Positions 47,211 to 56,852 of a stretch of 64,000 nucleotides of DNA are shown here, piece after piece. Made by a program: the position numbers and the translations under genes. Below the pieces are notes generated by a model that was given only the letters and a program-made list of their open reading frames with translations, did not search any database and was not told the origin of the DNA. Source of the DNA: an uncultured Prevotellaceae bacterium (GTDB lineage Bacteria > Bacteroidota > Bacteroidia > Bacteroidales > Bacteroidaceae); assembly GCA_900316575.1 (NCBI GenBank), contig ONDJ01000004.1, positions 63,736 through 127,735 on the forward strand, read 5' to 3'. Within the stretch, counting starts at the first letter, position 1, and each line of letters starts with the position of its first letter.

Positions 47211-47242
47211 TTTGTCCTTATTGTCAATTCATACTACTTTTG
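47211..47242 (+). promoter_or_regulatory. rfbA promoter (TTTG-N20-TACTTTTG)
   Basis: Exact consensus. Confidence 0.7.
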
Positions 47243-47276
47243 CCTATAAATACTACTAAATCGCTAAGAATTATTC

Positions 47277-48152
47277 ATGAAAGGTATCGTACTCGCTGGT
47301 GGTAGCGGCACACGCCTCTACCCTATCACGAAAGGAGTAAGCAAACAGCTCCTCCCCATTTTTGATAAGCCAATGGTGTATTATCCACTGTCGGTGTTGA
47401 TGCTTGCAGGCATTCGCGACATCTTAATAATCAGTACGCCAATGGACTTGCCCATGTTTCGTCGCTTGCTCGGCGATGGAAGTGACTATGGCATCCGTCT
47501 GACTTTTGCCGAACAGCCCTCGCCCGATGGCCTTGCCCAAGCCTTTATCATCGGGCGCGAGTTTATTGGCGACGACAGCGTATGCCTTGTACTTGGCGAC
47601 AATATCTTCCACGGCTCAGGAATGCGTACGATGCTTGGCAATGCCGTAAAATTGGCCGAAGAACAAAATCTTGCTACTGTATTTGGCTATCGTGTCAACG
47701 ATCCTCAGCGTTACGGCGTTGTAGCGTTTGACCAAAACGGCCATGCTGTGAGCATCGAAGAAAAACCAGCTGAGCCAAAGTCGAATTATGCCGTTGTGGG
47801 ACTTTACTTCTACCCCAACGATGTTGTTGACGTGGCTGCAAATATTAAGCCCTCGGCCCGAGGCGAACTGGAAATCACAACCGTCAACCAGCACTACCTT
47901 GCAGAAGACCGTCTCATGGTACAAACCTTAGGTCGGGGCTTTGCTTGGCTTGATACGGGCACACACGACAGCCTTAGCGAGGCAAGCACATTCATTGAAG
48001 TGATTGAAAAACGCACGGGCATGAAAATCGGATGTCTTGAAGGCATTGCCCATCGTGCAGGCTGGATAAGCGACAAAAAACTCTACGAAATAGCCCAGCC
48101 CATGGCCAAAAACCAATACGGACAATACCTGTTGCGTCTTATAGGAAAATAA
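47277..48152 (+). CDS. rfbA: Glucose-1-phosphate thymidylyltransferase
   Basis: [42 protein letters not shown]. Confidence 0.97.
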   Translation: MKGIVLAGGSGTRLYPITKGVSKQLLPIFDKPMVYYPLSVLMLAGIRDILIISTPMDLPMFRRLLGDGSDYGIRLTFAEQPSPDGLAQAFIIGREFIGDDSVCLVLGDNIFHGSGMRTMLGNAVKLAEEQNLATVFGYRVNDPQRYGVVAFDQNGHAVSIEEKPAEPKSNYAVVGLYFYPNDVVDVAANIKPSARGELEITTVNQHYLAEDRLMVQTLGRGFAWLDTGTHDSLSEASTFIEVIEKRTGMKIGCLEGIAHRAGWISDKKLYEIAQPMAKNQYGQYLLRLIGK

Positions 48153-48174
48153 TAACGCATAAGTAACGCGCAAA

Positions 48175-49902
48175 ATGCGTCAGTCACTACGTAGTTTTGT
48201 CATACAGTTCTTGCTCATTGCAGCACTTACGCTGTCTATTGCTGTACGCGTGTGTGCAGACGTAGAGCCGCCCAGCCTGCCTGCAGACTTTGTGCCCATT
48301 ACTAACGAAGCTTGGCTTGAGGATGGAGCGCAAATCGTGATCGGCGTAGAAGCAGAGGCGGATAATACTCTATATGTAGCAACGGGGAATGTAAAAAACA
48401 ACTTTCTCATAGCCGACGCGATCCCAGCGCCTTCGTACGAAACGCTTATAATAAGCGATGCCACCCAAGTTTGGACCATAGTACGCGAAGGTAGGTTCAT
48501 CAAACTCGCGCAAGACGGCAAATACTTAGCGCAAGGTAAGAGTGCCACTAACATAAAGTTTGTGAGCAGTAGTGATGACGCAATTTCATACCGCGTAGTG
48601 CCTCAAACAGATGGAACATTCAAGTTGGAGATGACAAACGAGAGCGGTCGCAACCTTGTTCTTGATTACGTCGTAAGCGGCGATGACTATCGAGATATTC
48701 ACTTTGGCAATTACAAGTATAACACTTCGTATGCCCATTTGCGACTTTATCGCTACGCTCACCAAACGCTGAATGTGGGAGGCGAAGCCACGATGCCCGA
48801 TGATGGGGTGTGGGTCACGCTATATAGCCAAGGATTTGTGCCTATAGTTAATGGTGTGTCGCAAATGTCAGACTACCTTTTGTCGGATGGCACATTGGCA
48901 CCTTCAATCGAGGCGCAGCGATGGTTTACCGAAGTGCGCGATGCTACAACGTTGGCACTTTATGATGCCGAGGGAAATTTCCTCAATGCTGAGCTTCAGC
49001 CTACGAGCGAAGAAACGTGGTGGACGTTGCGCGATGGCGCATTATGGCAAGGCGAACGTGTCTTGCGCTACCTGACCGCTCAACAACGCTTTGCAGCTTT
49101 ATCGTCCGATGAAGTAGCTGAAGAACAATCTGAAAGCGTCAGTTTCTTACCGTTTGCTGAAGAACCGAGAAGCACTTATTCCGATGGCGTACTCACACTG
49201 CGTGGAGGCTTTTCTGCTCAAGAACTTGCCAACATTGACTGGCAAGGAGCCTATCTCTTAGACCTCGCAAACACGCCGATACCTCATCGGGCAAAGCCTT
49301 TTGTGCTTCGACCCAAAGACAGCAACAATCTCATACTCGTCAGTGAAGAAGCGGCTTCATTCGTACCCCATGATTGGGACTTTGCAGTCAGCAAAGGAAG
49401 TGTGTTTAAGCTCTTGACAAATGCAGTCTTGACAGATCGCGTGCCACTGCATTTGCCAGCCGATATCCTGATTAGCGAAGGGCAAGTGTCATACACAAGA
49501 ACGCTCTTTGGCGATGGCAGCTGGGAAACACTTGTTCTCCCATTCAACGCTGAAACACCAACGGGGATAGAAGCAGAAAAACTTTCAGAAACCGATGAAA
49601 CTTGCGCTTACTTTACTTCAACAAACGCAATTGTCGCAGGCGAAGGACTGATGTTTCGCCCCACTGATGCCACACTCACTCAAACTACATTCACATCAAG
49701 AGCAGGAATGATGAGTACGACACCCTCGGGCAATATGGTTGGAACCTTCCTTGGCCTATCTATACAAGCGGACAATGTAGGAACATACTATTTTCTCAAT
49801 AACGATGCCACAAGTTTTGTGCGCGTAGCATCTGGCAGCAAGCTCGCTCCATTTCGTGCCGCGCTTAAAGCCGATGGCATTCGTCGAATAAGCCATAAAT
49901 AA
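48175..49902 (+). CDS. Secreted hypothetical protein with beta-rich, possibly trefoil-like, repeats (575 aa)
   Basis: Signal peptide; Q.W...(D)G.YL motifs repeated; C-terminal W.TLVLPF...PFRA typical of Prevotellaceae extracellular proteins. Confidence 0.6.
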   Translation: MRQSLRSFVIQFLLIAALTLSIAVRVCADVEPPSLPADFVPITNEAWLEDGAQIVIGVEAEADNTLYVATGNVKNNFLIADAIPAPSYETLIISDATQVWTIVREGRFIKLAQDGKYLAQGKSATNIKFVSSSDDAISYRVVPQTDGTFKLEMTNESGRNLVLDYVVSGDDYRDIHFGNYKYNTSYAHLRLYRYAHQTLNVGGEATMPDDGVWVTLYSQGFVPIVNGVSQMSDYLLSDGTLAPSIEAQRWFTEVRDATTLALYDAEGNFLNAELQPTSEETWWTLRDGALWQGERVLRYLTAQQRFAALSSDEVAEEQSESVSFLPFAEEPRSTYSDGVLTLRGGFSAQELANIDWQGAYLLDLANTPIPHRAKPFVLRPKDSNNLILVSEEAASFVPHDWDFAVSKGSVFKLLTNAVLTDRVPLHLPADILISEGQVSYTRTLFGDGSWETLVLPFNAETPTGIEAEKLSETDETCAYFTSTNAIVAGEGLMFRPTDATLTQTTFTSRAGMMSTTPSGNMVGTFLGLSIQADNVGTYYFLNNDATSFVRVASGSKLAPFRAALKADGIRRISHK

Positions 49903-49947
49903 CGAACAGAACGAAAAACAAAAGATAATAAACAAAAGATAAAAGAA

Positions 49948-50379
49948 ATGTATATCGCAGTAGATTTTGACGGAACAATTGTTGAACATAGGTATCCACG
50001 CATTGGAAAAGAAATACCCTTTGCTATAGCAACGCTACGTCGCTTGCAAGAAGAAGGGCACAAGATCGTGCTTTGGTCAGTGCGCGAGGGTGTGCTACTT
50101 GACGAAGCTGTAGAATGGTGCAGGCAACAAGGACTGGAATTCTTTGCTGCTAACAAAGAATATCCCGAAGAGAATCCCGACACAGCTCGTCACTACACAC
50201 GCAAGCTCAAGGCCGATGTCTTTATTGACGACCGCAACCTTGGCGGACTGCCCACAGTGGGTGGACGCCCTGACTGGGGAGCCATCTATGAGATGATCAC
50301 CAAGCGAATGAATTACGAGCAATTCTATACGCAGGACGAAGAGGCGCCGAAGAAGAAAAAAGGCTGGTGGCCGTTCTAA
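49948..50379 (+). CDS. BT0820-family HAD-type phosphatase
   Basis: IAVDFDGTIV motif I, LWSVREG, FIDDRN. Confidence 0.85.
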   Translation: MYIAVDFDGTIVEHRYPRIGKEIPFAIATLRRLQEEGHKIVLWSVREGVLLDEAVEWCRQQGLEFFAANKEYPEENPDTARHYTRKLKADVFIDDRNLGGLPTVGGRPDWGAIYEMITKRMNYEQFYTQDEEAPKKKKGWWPF

Positions 50380-50413
50380 GAGGTAAGTAATCTACACTTT
50401 ATTCGCGAGCATT

Positions 50414-51277
50414 ATGCCCCTGTCCCCTACCCTCGTAAGTGCTGACTTTGCTCAAACACTGCTCCGCCCGCGCCCCGTACAAGGTCACAAAGGCACCTTT
50501 GGCACAGCGTTACTCATTTGTGGAAGCAAAGACGTAGGCGGATGCGCAGTGCTTGCAGCAAAGGCATGTCTGCGTAGTGGAGTAGGAAAAGCCGTTGTGC
50601 AAGTTCCTGAAAGCTTGCGCGAAATCATGCTGTCAACTGTTCCCGAAGCTATCGTCAACATCGGCGAAAACACAGTTCCAACTCATTTGACGAAAGAGCC
50701 TGATGATAACTACCAAGCCATAGCCATAGGGCCTGGAATAGGTACAGCTCCCGAAACAAAGACGGCACTTCTTGAAGAGTTTGTTCGTCGCAATAAAACG
50801 CCCCATGTCGTTGATGCTGATGCGCTCAACCTATTGTCGCAACAAACAGATTGGCATAAATTGCTGCCGCAGCAGACTATCCTTACTCCTCATCTTAAGG
50901 AACTGTCGCGCCTTGCAGGAAAACCTATTAAAGAAGAAGAGCGGCTCAAGGTTTCATTTTTTGTGTCACTAAAGGCAAACAGCATTGTCGTATGCAAGGG
51001 ACACCCAACGTTCACCATAACTCCTCTTGGGCAAGTCTTTGAAAACACAACAGGCACCGATGCCATTGCAACGGCTGGTAGTGGCGATGTTTTGACTGGA
51101 ATTATAGCAAGCCTCTTGGCGCAAGGATATTCTTCCACCAATGCTGCCGTATTAGGCGTTTACCTTCACGGACTATCAGGTGACTTTGCTGCCAAAGCAT
51201 TAGGGCATCATAGCGTCATCGCGTCCGACATCATAAACTTCCTTTCCAAAGCTTTCCTCTCTCTTGTCAACAAATAA
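50414..51277 (+). CDS. nnrD: ADP/ATP-dependent NAD(P)HX dehydratase (YjeF C-terminal domain only)
   Basis: HKGTFG, IGPGIG, VVDADAL, LTPH..E, KG, ATAGSGDVLTG. Confidence 0.88.
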   Translation: MPLSPTLVSADFAQTLLRPRPVQGHKGTFGTALLICGSKDVGGCAVLAAKACLRSGVGKAVVQVPESLREIMLSTVPEAIVNIGENTVPTHLTKEPDDNYQAIAIGPGIGTAPETKTALLEEFVRRNKTPHVVDADALNLLSQQTDWHKLLPQQTILTPHLKELSRLAGKPIKEEERLKVSFFVSLKANSIVVCKGHPTFTITPLGQVFENTTGTDAIATAGSGDVLTGIIASLLAQGYSSTNAAVLGVYLHGLSGDFAAKALGHHSVIASDIINFLSKAFLSLVNK

Positions 51278-51332
51278 AAGCTCCACTCAGTTGGGTTACA
51301 TACTTTGATTTTCACGAAAAAACTTAAGACCA

Positions 51333-52385
51333 ATGAAGCATAAGCTCTTTTCAACCTTGCTCCTCCTATTCCTTGTTTCAGGAATAGCAGCACAGACCCA
51401 CGTCGTTCATCGCGCTCCTGGGACGTATGAAGACGGCATTACTTATTTTCTACCTCGTACGCATCTTCAAATTGTCATCACCGCTGAGCGCACGTCTCAC
51501 TATGCCGGCGAGCTTGCTCCCTATGCACAGCAATATCTTCGTGTCAACGACGCACCGCAGCAAGATTACGATGAGTGGAAAATCCTTTCCATGTCCATCA
51601 TCCCCTACGGCGTGGCCGACACACTACATGCCTACACAGTCCGTTTCAATCAACGTAGCAGTGCTCCTTTTATGAAGTTGGCTTCCGATGGAACACTTCT
51701 CGCCATCAATGGTGAGCCCGGCGATATGCCCGCTTTGGCATCACCCAGTGTCACAGTGCTCCAAGCGGCACCTGCCGATCGCGCTGGTTATAAAACCCAA
51801 GAAATGCTCTCGGCTACCAACGTTGAGAAAATGGCAGAACTCGCCGCCGAGGAAATCTACGACATCCGCGAAAATCGTGCGCTGCTCTCAAAAGGCCAAG
51901 CCGACTTCATGCCAGCCGATGGCGAACAAATGAAGCTGATGCTCGCCACGCTCGACCGTCAAGAACGCGGTTTGCTTCGCCTATTCATGGGCTATGAGAC
52001 CAAAGAGCAGCACACGCTCATCGTTGACTACGAGCCCGACCTTTCGCGTGGCACACGTGACATTGCTTTCCGCTTCAGCCGCTTCTTTGGGCTTGTCGAT
52101 CGCGACGACTTGAGCGGAGAACCTTATTATATGAACCTACAGTTTGCTACTCCCCCCGCCCCACAATCCGCTGAAACCAGCGAATCGCTCCGCTACTATG
52201 CACCTGGCAACGTAACAATCTCTCTTACCAGCAAAGCCGGAACCCACCTAAGCGGCATTGTTCCCATGGCTCAATTCGGGCGTATAGAAAACCTTGGCGG
52301 CGATCTCTTCAACAATCAGTTTCGCACCCATGTAACCCTCTCCCCCATCAACGGCGGTATCTTGAAGATTGAAGTAGGAAAGTAG
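51333..52385 (+). CDS. DUF4831-family exported protein
   Basis: Signal peptide; YFLPRT, IYDIRENR, MPADG, QFG motifs. Confidence 0.7.
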   Translation: MKHKLFSTLLLLFLVSGIAAQTHVVHRAPGTYEDGITYFLPRTHLQIVITAERTSHYAGELAPYAQQYLRVNDAPQQDYDEWKILSMSIIPYGVADTLHAYTVRFNQRSSAPFMKLASDGTLLAINGEPGDMPALASPSVTVLQAAPADRAGYKTQEMLSATNVEKMAELAAEEIYDIRENRALLSKGQADFMPADGEQMKLMLATLDRQERGLLRLFMGYETKEQHTLIVDYEPDLSRGTRDIAFRFSRFFGLVDRDDLSGEPYYMNLQFATPPAPQSAETSESLRYYAPGNVTISLTSKAGTHLSGIVPMAQFGRIENLGGDLFNNQFRTHVTLSPINGGILKIEVGK

Positions 52386-52415
52386 TATAGTTGGTAGGAC
52401 TTTCATTCAAATATG

Positions 52416-52458
52416 GTGTAGGAGGTGAACACAGAACAAAGCTGTTCACCTCCTACAC
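52416..52458 (+). terminator. Hairpin terminator
   Basis: GTGTAGGAGGTGAACA / TGTTCACCTCCTACAC perfect stem. Confidence 0.7.
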
Positions 52459-52606
52459 GCTTATACTAACAAATACACTTGTCGCTAAATAACGCTTGCA
52501 CACGACATGGAAGCAGGCAAAGGTTAAGCGTAAAGCGAACAAAGCGCGTTTTCATTCTTTTGCCCGTAAATATAGGATGAAAACCTGTCGTAATAAAACT
52601 TTTTAG

Positions 52607-52614
52607 TACTTTTG
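52607..52614 (+). promoter_or_regulatory. -7 element TACTTTTG for gcvH
   Basis: TAnnTTTG match 50 nt upstream of the ATG. Confidence 0.6.
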
Positions 52615-52663
52615 CCCCCACACACCGAATTATATTTCTCATCAACACACACATACAACAACA

Positions 52664-53041
52664 ATGGCAAAAGTAATTGAAGGGCTCTACTACGCAGAGA
52701 GCCACGAGTTTGTAAAGGTTGAAGGCGACTTCGGCTATGTAGGTATCACCGATTTTGCTCAAGGCCAATTGGGCACCGTAGTCTATGTTGACATGCCCGA
52801 AGTGGGCGACGAGGTAACCGCCGGCGAAAGCTTCGGTGCTGTAGAGAGCGTCAAGGCAGCCAGCGACCTCATCTCTCCCGTAAGCGGCGAAGTGGTTGAA
52901 ATCAACGAAGTTCTCGAAGACGAGCCCGAACGTATCAACGAGGATGCCTTCGCGTTCTGGATTATCAAAGTGAAGCTCTCCGACAAGAGCGAACTTGACA
53001 GCCTCATGGACGCAGCGGCTTACAAAGCCTCTTGCGAATAA
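52664..53041 (+). CDS. gcvH: Glycine cleavage system H protein
   Basis: GITDFAQGQLG, ESVKAASDL lipoyl-lysine motif. Confidence 0.96.
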   Translation: MAKVIEGLYYAESHEFVKVEGDFGYVGITDFAQGQLGTVVYVDMPEVGDEVTAGESFGAVESVKAASDLISPVSGEVVEINEVLEDEPERINEDAFAFWIIKVKLSDKSELDSLMDAAAYKASCE

Positions 53042-53096
53042 CGAGAACAGAGCAGTTCGCTTAAAACAAGCCTTAGCAAGGCTGAACATACAAGCG

Positions 53097-53133
53097 AATC
53101 CCGTAATGCTTGCAAAGATAGCATTACGGGATT
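53097..53133. terminator. Bidirectional terminator between gcvH and the HU-like gene
   Basis: AATCCCGTAATGCT / AGCATTACGGGATT followed by a T-tract. Confidence 0.85.
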
Positions 53134-53144
53134 TTTTTTAGTGC

Positions 53145-53747
53145 TTATTCGTCTTTACATAATGTGAAGTAGAGTTTAGCTCGCGAGCCAACTTTGCGAA
53201 TAGTCCCGTCGTCAATGATCGGTTTGAGGCGGCGGCGAGCAGTGGCGTATGTCAGTCCGAGGTGAGCTTGTAGGGTGCTGAACGAAACTACATCGCAGCT
53301 TGTGAGTAGGTCCACCGTTCGGCTGCGCACTTCTTCATCGCTAATAGGCTTGGAACGATGGGCGGCAGTGAAGCGCGATGTGAAACGTGCTTCGCTGAAG
53401 CGTTGCAGAAAATCCTTGCTCGGGCGAAAGTTGATATTTCTCACACGACCATCGTGCAAGACTGGTTTGCCGTTTTTGTCAAACCGCACATCGCCGCCAA
53501 GTTTCACACTGAAAATTCCTAACCCGTCGAGCTCCACGGTATTTCCCTGCAAGAGCACAGTAGCCATTTCCTCAACCAGCGCACTGAGCACCAAGAGGAT
53601 GTCGCCACGTGTGGCAGTAGTAGAATCGGCAATGCTCTTTGCCAAATCGTCAACGCTCTTGCGCTCATGCCGCATAGCACGAACGATCAGCTTCTTTTTA
53701 GAAGCTGTTGCTCCGCTTGTTTCGTAAAATTCATAGTTAATGGCCAT
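53145..53747 (-). CDS. HU-related DNA-binding protein with a C-terminal winged-helix-like extension, 200 aa
   Basis: STTATRGDILLVLSAL...GNTVELDGLGIFS, INFRPS; tail LQAHLGLTYATARRRL...GTIRKVG; start trimmed to MAINYEF. Confidence 0.82.
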   Translation of the reverse strand: MAINYEFYETSGATASKKKLIVRAMRHERKSVDDLAKSIADSTTATRGDILLVLSALVEEMATVLLQGNTVELDGLGIFSVKLGGDVRFDKNGKPVLHDGRVRNINFRPSKDFLQRFSEARFTSRFTAAHRSKPISDEEVRSRTVDLLTSCDVVSFSTLQAHLGLTYATARRRLKPIIDDGTIRKVGSRAKLYFTLCKDE

Positions 53748-53837
53748 AGTTGCTATTTGGGATAAAAGGTTTAAGAAAAGGCTGAGGATGTCGATCTTTA
53801 CCCACTTTTTGGCGTCATAGAGTGGACTTTGATGTTG

Positions 53838-53845
53838 CAAAGATA
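53838..53845 (-). promoter_or_regulatory. -7 element TATCTTTG for the HU-wHTH gene
   Basis: CAAAGATA on the plus strand about 90 nt upstream of the ATG. Confidence 0.6.
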
Positions 53846-53856
53846 CAACTTTTTCT

Positions 53857-53944
53857 ACTTTTCACGGCCATGAACTAAACTTTTCACCGCGATGAACTAA
53901 ACTTTTCACGGCCATGAAAAGTTTAGTTCATCGCGGTGAAAAGT
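53857..53944. repeat. 4 x 22-bp array: direct, direct, self-palindromic hybrid, inverted
   Basis: ACTTTTCACGGCCATGAACTAA 53857; ACTTTTCACCGCGATGAACTAA 53879; ACTTTTCA..TGAAAAGT 53901; exact reverse complement of unit 2 at 53923. Confidence 0.93.
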
Positions 53945-54175
53945 ATAGAGCATCCTATATTTGCAGGCATAAAATGGTATGAATGAACGCGTTGAATGCG
54001 ATATTCGCCAATACCTCATCCCTGCTTGTTTCAAAACCATGGCATTTGTGGTCAGCGAAAGTGCGGATAGGCGAATCCGAAAGTAGTGGCAAGAGCGGCA
54101 CAGCATACACAGCACATGCAGCGAAAAAAAAGGTGTTATTGAATAATTCGGCCTTTACAATTTATAAAAATGCTG

Positions 54176-54183
54176 TATCTTTG
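54176..54183 (+). promoter_or_regulatory. -7 element TATCTTTG for the efflux operon
   Basis: TAnnTTTG match about 90 nt upstream of the TolC ATG. Confidence 0.6.
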
Positions 54184-54270
54184 CCAATCAAAAAGCCAAG
54201 TCGGGAAATCTGACGGCTGATGTTTTTACTGACACGGCGATAGTTGCTGTCGGTCAAACCACTAAGATTT

Positions 54271-55761
54271 ATGATGAAAAGAATTCTATTCTTCATTGGA
54301 GTTTTCGTCTTGCTGCAAGCGTCTCATGCACAACGTGTGCTGACGCTTCAGGAATGTCGCGACATGGCTCTGCGCGACAATGCTTCGCTTGCTGGAGCAA
54401 GAGCCACCGTGACTCAGCGCGCGGCAGAGCACGAAGCAGCACGCACCAACGCGCTTCCAAGGCTGCAGCTCACGGCGACTTATATGCGACTGGGGCGTGA
54501 GCTCTCTATACTCAGCAACGACCAAAAAGATGCCCTCAGCAATTTTGGCACCAATCTTATAGCCCCTCTTCAAGAGCGTATGCCGCAGTTGATGGAAGCC
54601 GCTGCGCCTATCTTGCAACAGTTTCCAGATTTGGCAGCGTTGCTGCAGGGAGCACAGAGCGGGGCTCAAGGATTTGCAGAACTTCTGAACGAAGTTGGAC
54701 AAGGCGTTGTTGATGCTTTTCGCACCGACACGCGCAACGTGGGTGGAGCAGCCCTACTCCTCACGCAGCCTATCTATATGGGCGGAAAAATCAGTGCCTA
54801 CAACCGACTCACCGACTATCATGCCCAGCTTGCAGCCGAGCAGCTTCGAGGTGCTGAGGACGACGTGTTACTCGAGGTGGAAACAGCTTATTGGCAAGTA
54901 GTGTCGCTCGTAGCGAAGAAGAAACTTGCCGAGGAATACCTCAGTATGCTCCAGCATTTGGAGCACGACGTAGAACTCATGGTGGAAAACGAAGTGGCTA
55001 CGCGAGCACAGTTGCTTACGGTCAATGTCAAAGTAGATGAGGCAGAAATGACCGTGCTCAAGGTGGACAACGGACTGGCACTCTCGCGTATGCTTTTGTG
55101 TCAGCTCTGCGGACTTCCACTCGACAGCGAAGTGCGTTTGGCTGATGAAGACTTGGACGATGTTGCTACGACCTTCCACGATCCGCACGGCGACGCCGCG
55201 ACAGCAATAGCCAATCGTCCTGAAATTCGCCAGCTCACCCTCGCTTCCTATATCTATAAGGAAAAAGAAAAGATTGTTGCCGCCGACTTTCGTCCACAGA
55301 TAGCCCTTGTGGCTGGCGCCGCGCTCACCACGCCATCGCTCTATAATGGTTTTGAGAAGAAACTTCGCGGCAACTGGGCCATCGGCGTAACGTTTTCCAT
55401 GCCTATATGGGATTGGCACGAAGGTCGCTACAAGCGCAAGGCAGCTCGCGCAGAGGGACTCGTAAATACCATGCGCCTGCAAGATGTTGAAGAAAAGATA
55501 ACGCTGCAAGTACAACAGTGTCGCTACCGGCTGCAAGAAGCCCATCGGCGTGTGGCACTGAGCCTGCACAACCTGGAACGTGCCGATGAGAACGTAAGGA
55601 TTTCAAACCTTGGCCACCACGAGCAAGTCATTTCCACGAGCGACGTGCTCATGGCTCACACGGCTTGGATACAAGCCCACAGCGAGAAGATTGATGCCCA
55701 AGTAGAGGTGCGCTTGGCTCAGACAGCCTTGCGTAAAGCCCTCGGCCTACTCAATCATTAA
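54271..55761 (+). CDS. TolC-family outer membrane efflux protein
   Basis: Signal peptide, LTLQEC...A..DN, QPIYMGGK, PIWDW.EG duplicated OEP repeats. Confidence 0.9.
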   Translation: MMKRILFFIGVFVLLQASHAQRVLTLQECRDMALRDNASLAGARATVTQRAAEHEAARTNALPRLQLTATYMRLGRELSILSNDQKDALSNFGTNLIAPLQERMPQLMEAAAPILQQFPDLAALLQGAQSGAQGFAELLNEVGQGVVDAFRTDTRNVGGAALLLTQPIYMGGKISAYNRLTDYHAQLAAEQLRGAEDDVLLEVETAYWQVVSLVAKKKLAEEYLSMLQHLEHDVELMVENEVATRAQLLTVNVKVDEAEMTVLKVDNGLALSRMLLCQLCGLPLDSEVRLADEDLDDVATTFHDPHGDAATAIANRPEIRQLTLASYIYKEKEKIVAADFRPQIALVAGAALTTPSLYNGFEKKLRGNWAIGVTFSMPIWDWHEGRYKRKAARAEGLVNTMRLQDVEEKITLQVQQCRYRLQEAHRRVALSLHNLERADENVRISNLGHHEQVISTSDVLMAHTAWIQAHSEKIDAQVEVRLAQTALRKALGLLNH

Positions 55762-55799
55762 AAAACAAAGCTTGACGCATAAAAAAAGATAAGTTTTCC

Positions 55800-56792
55800 A
55801 TGAGTAAGAAAGTTGAAAAGAAGCCCAATCTGTTGCTTCCTATTCTGATTTTCATCGCCGTAGTAGCTCTGGTGGCAGCCGGCAGTTACTTTGCCTTTCG
55901 CGAGCAGACCGAAACCATTCAGGGACAAGTGGAGGTGACGGAATATCGTGTGTCGTCGAAAGTACCTTCACGCGTATTGCAACTCCACGTAAAGGAAGGC
56001 GACTCGGTGCGTGCCGGCGACCTGCTTGTGACGCTTGAGTCACCTGAAGTAGAGGCCAAACGCGAGCAAGCTGATGCCGCTGTTGCTGCAGCTCAGGCCA
56101 TAGAGAGCAAGGCCGAGGCAGGAGCACGCGAAGAGCAGATACGCGGGGCTTACGAGATTTGGCAGAAAGCCAAAGTGGGCGTTGACATCATGCAGAAGAG
56201 CTACGACCGCATAGAAAACCTCTATAAAGAAGGCGTGGTTACAGGTCAGCGCCGCGACGAAGTGAAAGCACAATTAGAAGCCGCCCAAGCCGACGAGCGA
56301 GCCGCTAAGAGCCAGTACGACATGGCGCGCAACGGTGCTCAGCGTCAGGACATACAGGCAGCGGCAGCCCAAGTGCGCCGCGCACAAGGAGCCGTGCAGG
56401 AAGTGAGTTCCTATCAGCGCGAGACGCAACTGCGCGCTTCGCAAGACGGCGAAGTGACAGAGATATTCCCCTCTGTTGGAGAGCTTGTCGGAACAGGAGC
56501 ACCGATTATGAACGTTGCCGTGATGCAAGACATATGGGTGACGTTCAACGTGCGCGAAGACCGTTTGAAGCATTTTGCTGTGGGGCGCGTGGTTGAAGCC
56601 ACGGTGCCTGCCTTGGGAGAAAAGGCCTATAACTTTGCCGTGTATTACATCAAAGATCTTGGTAGCTATGCCGCATGGAAAGCCACCAAGACCACGGGGC
56701 AATACGACATGAAAACCTTTGAAGTGCGCTGCCGCCCCGTGACTCCTATACCAGGAATGCGACCAGGCATGTCAGTGTTGTTGAAATCATAG
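55800..56792 (+). CDS. HlyD-family periplasmic adaptor
   Basis: N-terminal TM, biotinyl-like VKEGDSVRAGD, coiled coil, RPGMSV. Confidence 0.92.
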   Translation: MSKKVEKKPNLLLPILIFIAVVALVAAGSYFAFREQTETIQGQVEVTEYRVSSKVPSRVLQLHVKEGDSVRAGDLLVTLESPEVEAKREQADAAVAAAQAIESKAEAGAREEQIRGAYEIWQKAKVGVDIMQKSYDRIENLYKEGVVTGQRRDEVKAQLEAAQADERAAKSQYDMARNGAQRQDIQAAAAQVRRAQGAVQEVSSYQRETQLRASQDGEVTEIFPSVGELVGTGAPIMNVAVMQDIWVTFNVREDRLKHFAVGRVVEATVPALGEKAYNFAVYYIKDLGSYAAWKATKTTGQYDMKTFEVRCRPVTPIPGMRPGMSVLLKS

Positions 56793-56852
56793 AACCCCTC
56801 TCCCACTCCCCTTTACATTACAAAAGAAAGAGTTCACCAAAAGCAACTGCGT

